A DNA stretch of 35,944 nucleotides from Octopus bimaculoides (lineage: Eukaryota), in the NCBI RefSeq assembly GCF_001194135.2, contig NC_069006.1:12495691-12531634 (forward strand), given 5' to 3'. Numbering within the stretch: the stretch's first letter is position 1; the number at the start of each line of letters is the position of its first letter. Below the pieces are notes generated by a model, which ran no database searches, was not told the DNA's origin, and saw only the letters and a program-made list of their open reading frames with translations. Shown here one piece after another: positions 35,745 to 35,944 of the stretch. The translations under genes were made by a program, and so were the position numbers.

Positions 35745-35944
35745 TTACATGGATGGGAAAAAGTAGATATACAATTGCTGAGTATGAATGGAATGTTCTT
35801 TTTATTTCTTATCCTAAAAAGAAATAAGGAAATGAAAAGAACATTCCATTTATATTTAGCAAATGTATACCAACTTTTGTCCATCCCTGGGATGGATGCA
35901 TTTGTGTGTGAGTCACACCCTCTAATTTAGTGTTACATCCTGGC

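Noticed and set aside
32846-35944. Search for the final M13 exon (…N…F…F.C…MNP…C.VW)
   Set aside because: Not found in any readable frame; presumed downstream of the window.

Overview
Eukaryotic, AT-rich, microsatellite-laden draft-assembly window with about 11 N gaps. The repeat repertoire (tRNA-derived CORE-type SINEs, (ATG)n-tailed retroposon ends) points to an octopus/coleoid cephalopod; this is inference. The whole window lies inside one + strand, intron-rich gene for an M13-family zinc metallopeptidase (neprilysin/ECE/PHEX-like). I could splice 12 exons in frame: 573-697, 1828-1930, <6102-6180, 8599-8697, 17899-18002, 19431-19489, 20161-20212, 22505-22572, 29827-29957, 30250-30315, 30755-30850 and 32769-32845. 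They carry the NAYY, HEITH, ENIAD and HSP motifs. The N-terminal exons and the last exon lie outside the window, and the expected IGYP exon is not visible (probably in a gap). The introns hold an antisense 1080-bp solo LTR with recognisable promoter motifs, a decayed DD37D (maT) transposon and a decayed DD34D mariner. They also hold a Helitron-type 3' end, a Penelope-like fragment, a cluster of fold-back hairpins, an inverted SINE pair, a head-to-tail SINE array and several minisatellites. Nearly all ORFs in the supplied track are microsatellite or gap artefacts. I found no evidence of a wholly new biological system; the best leads are gene-structure and TE-derived regulatory/dsRNA features.
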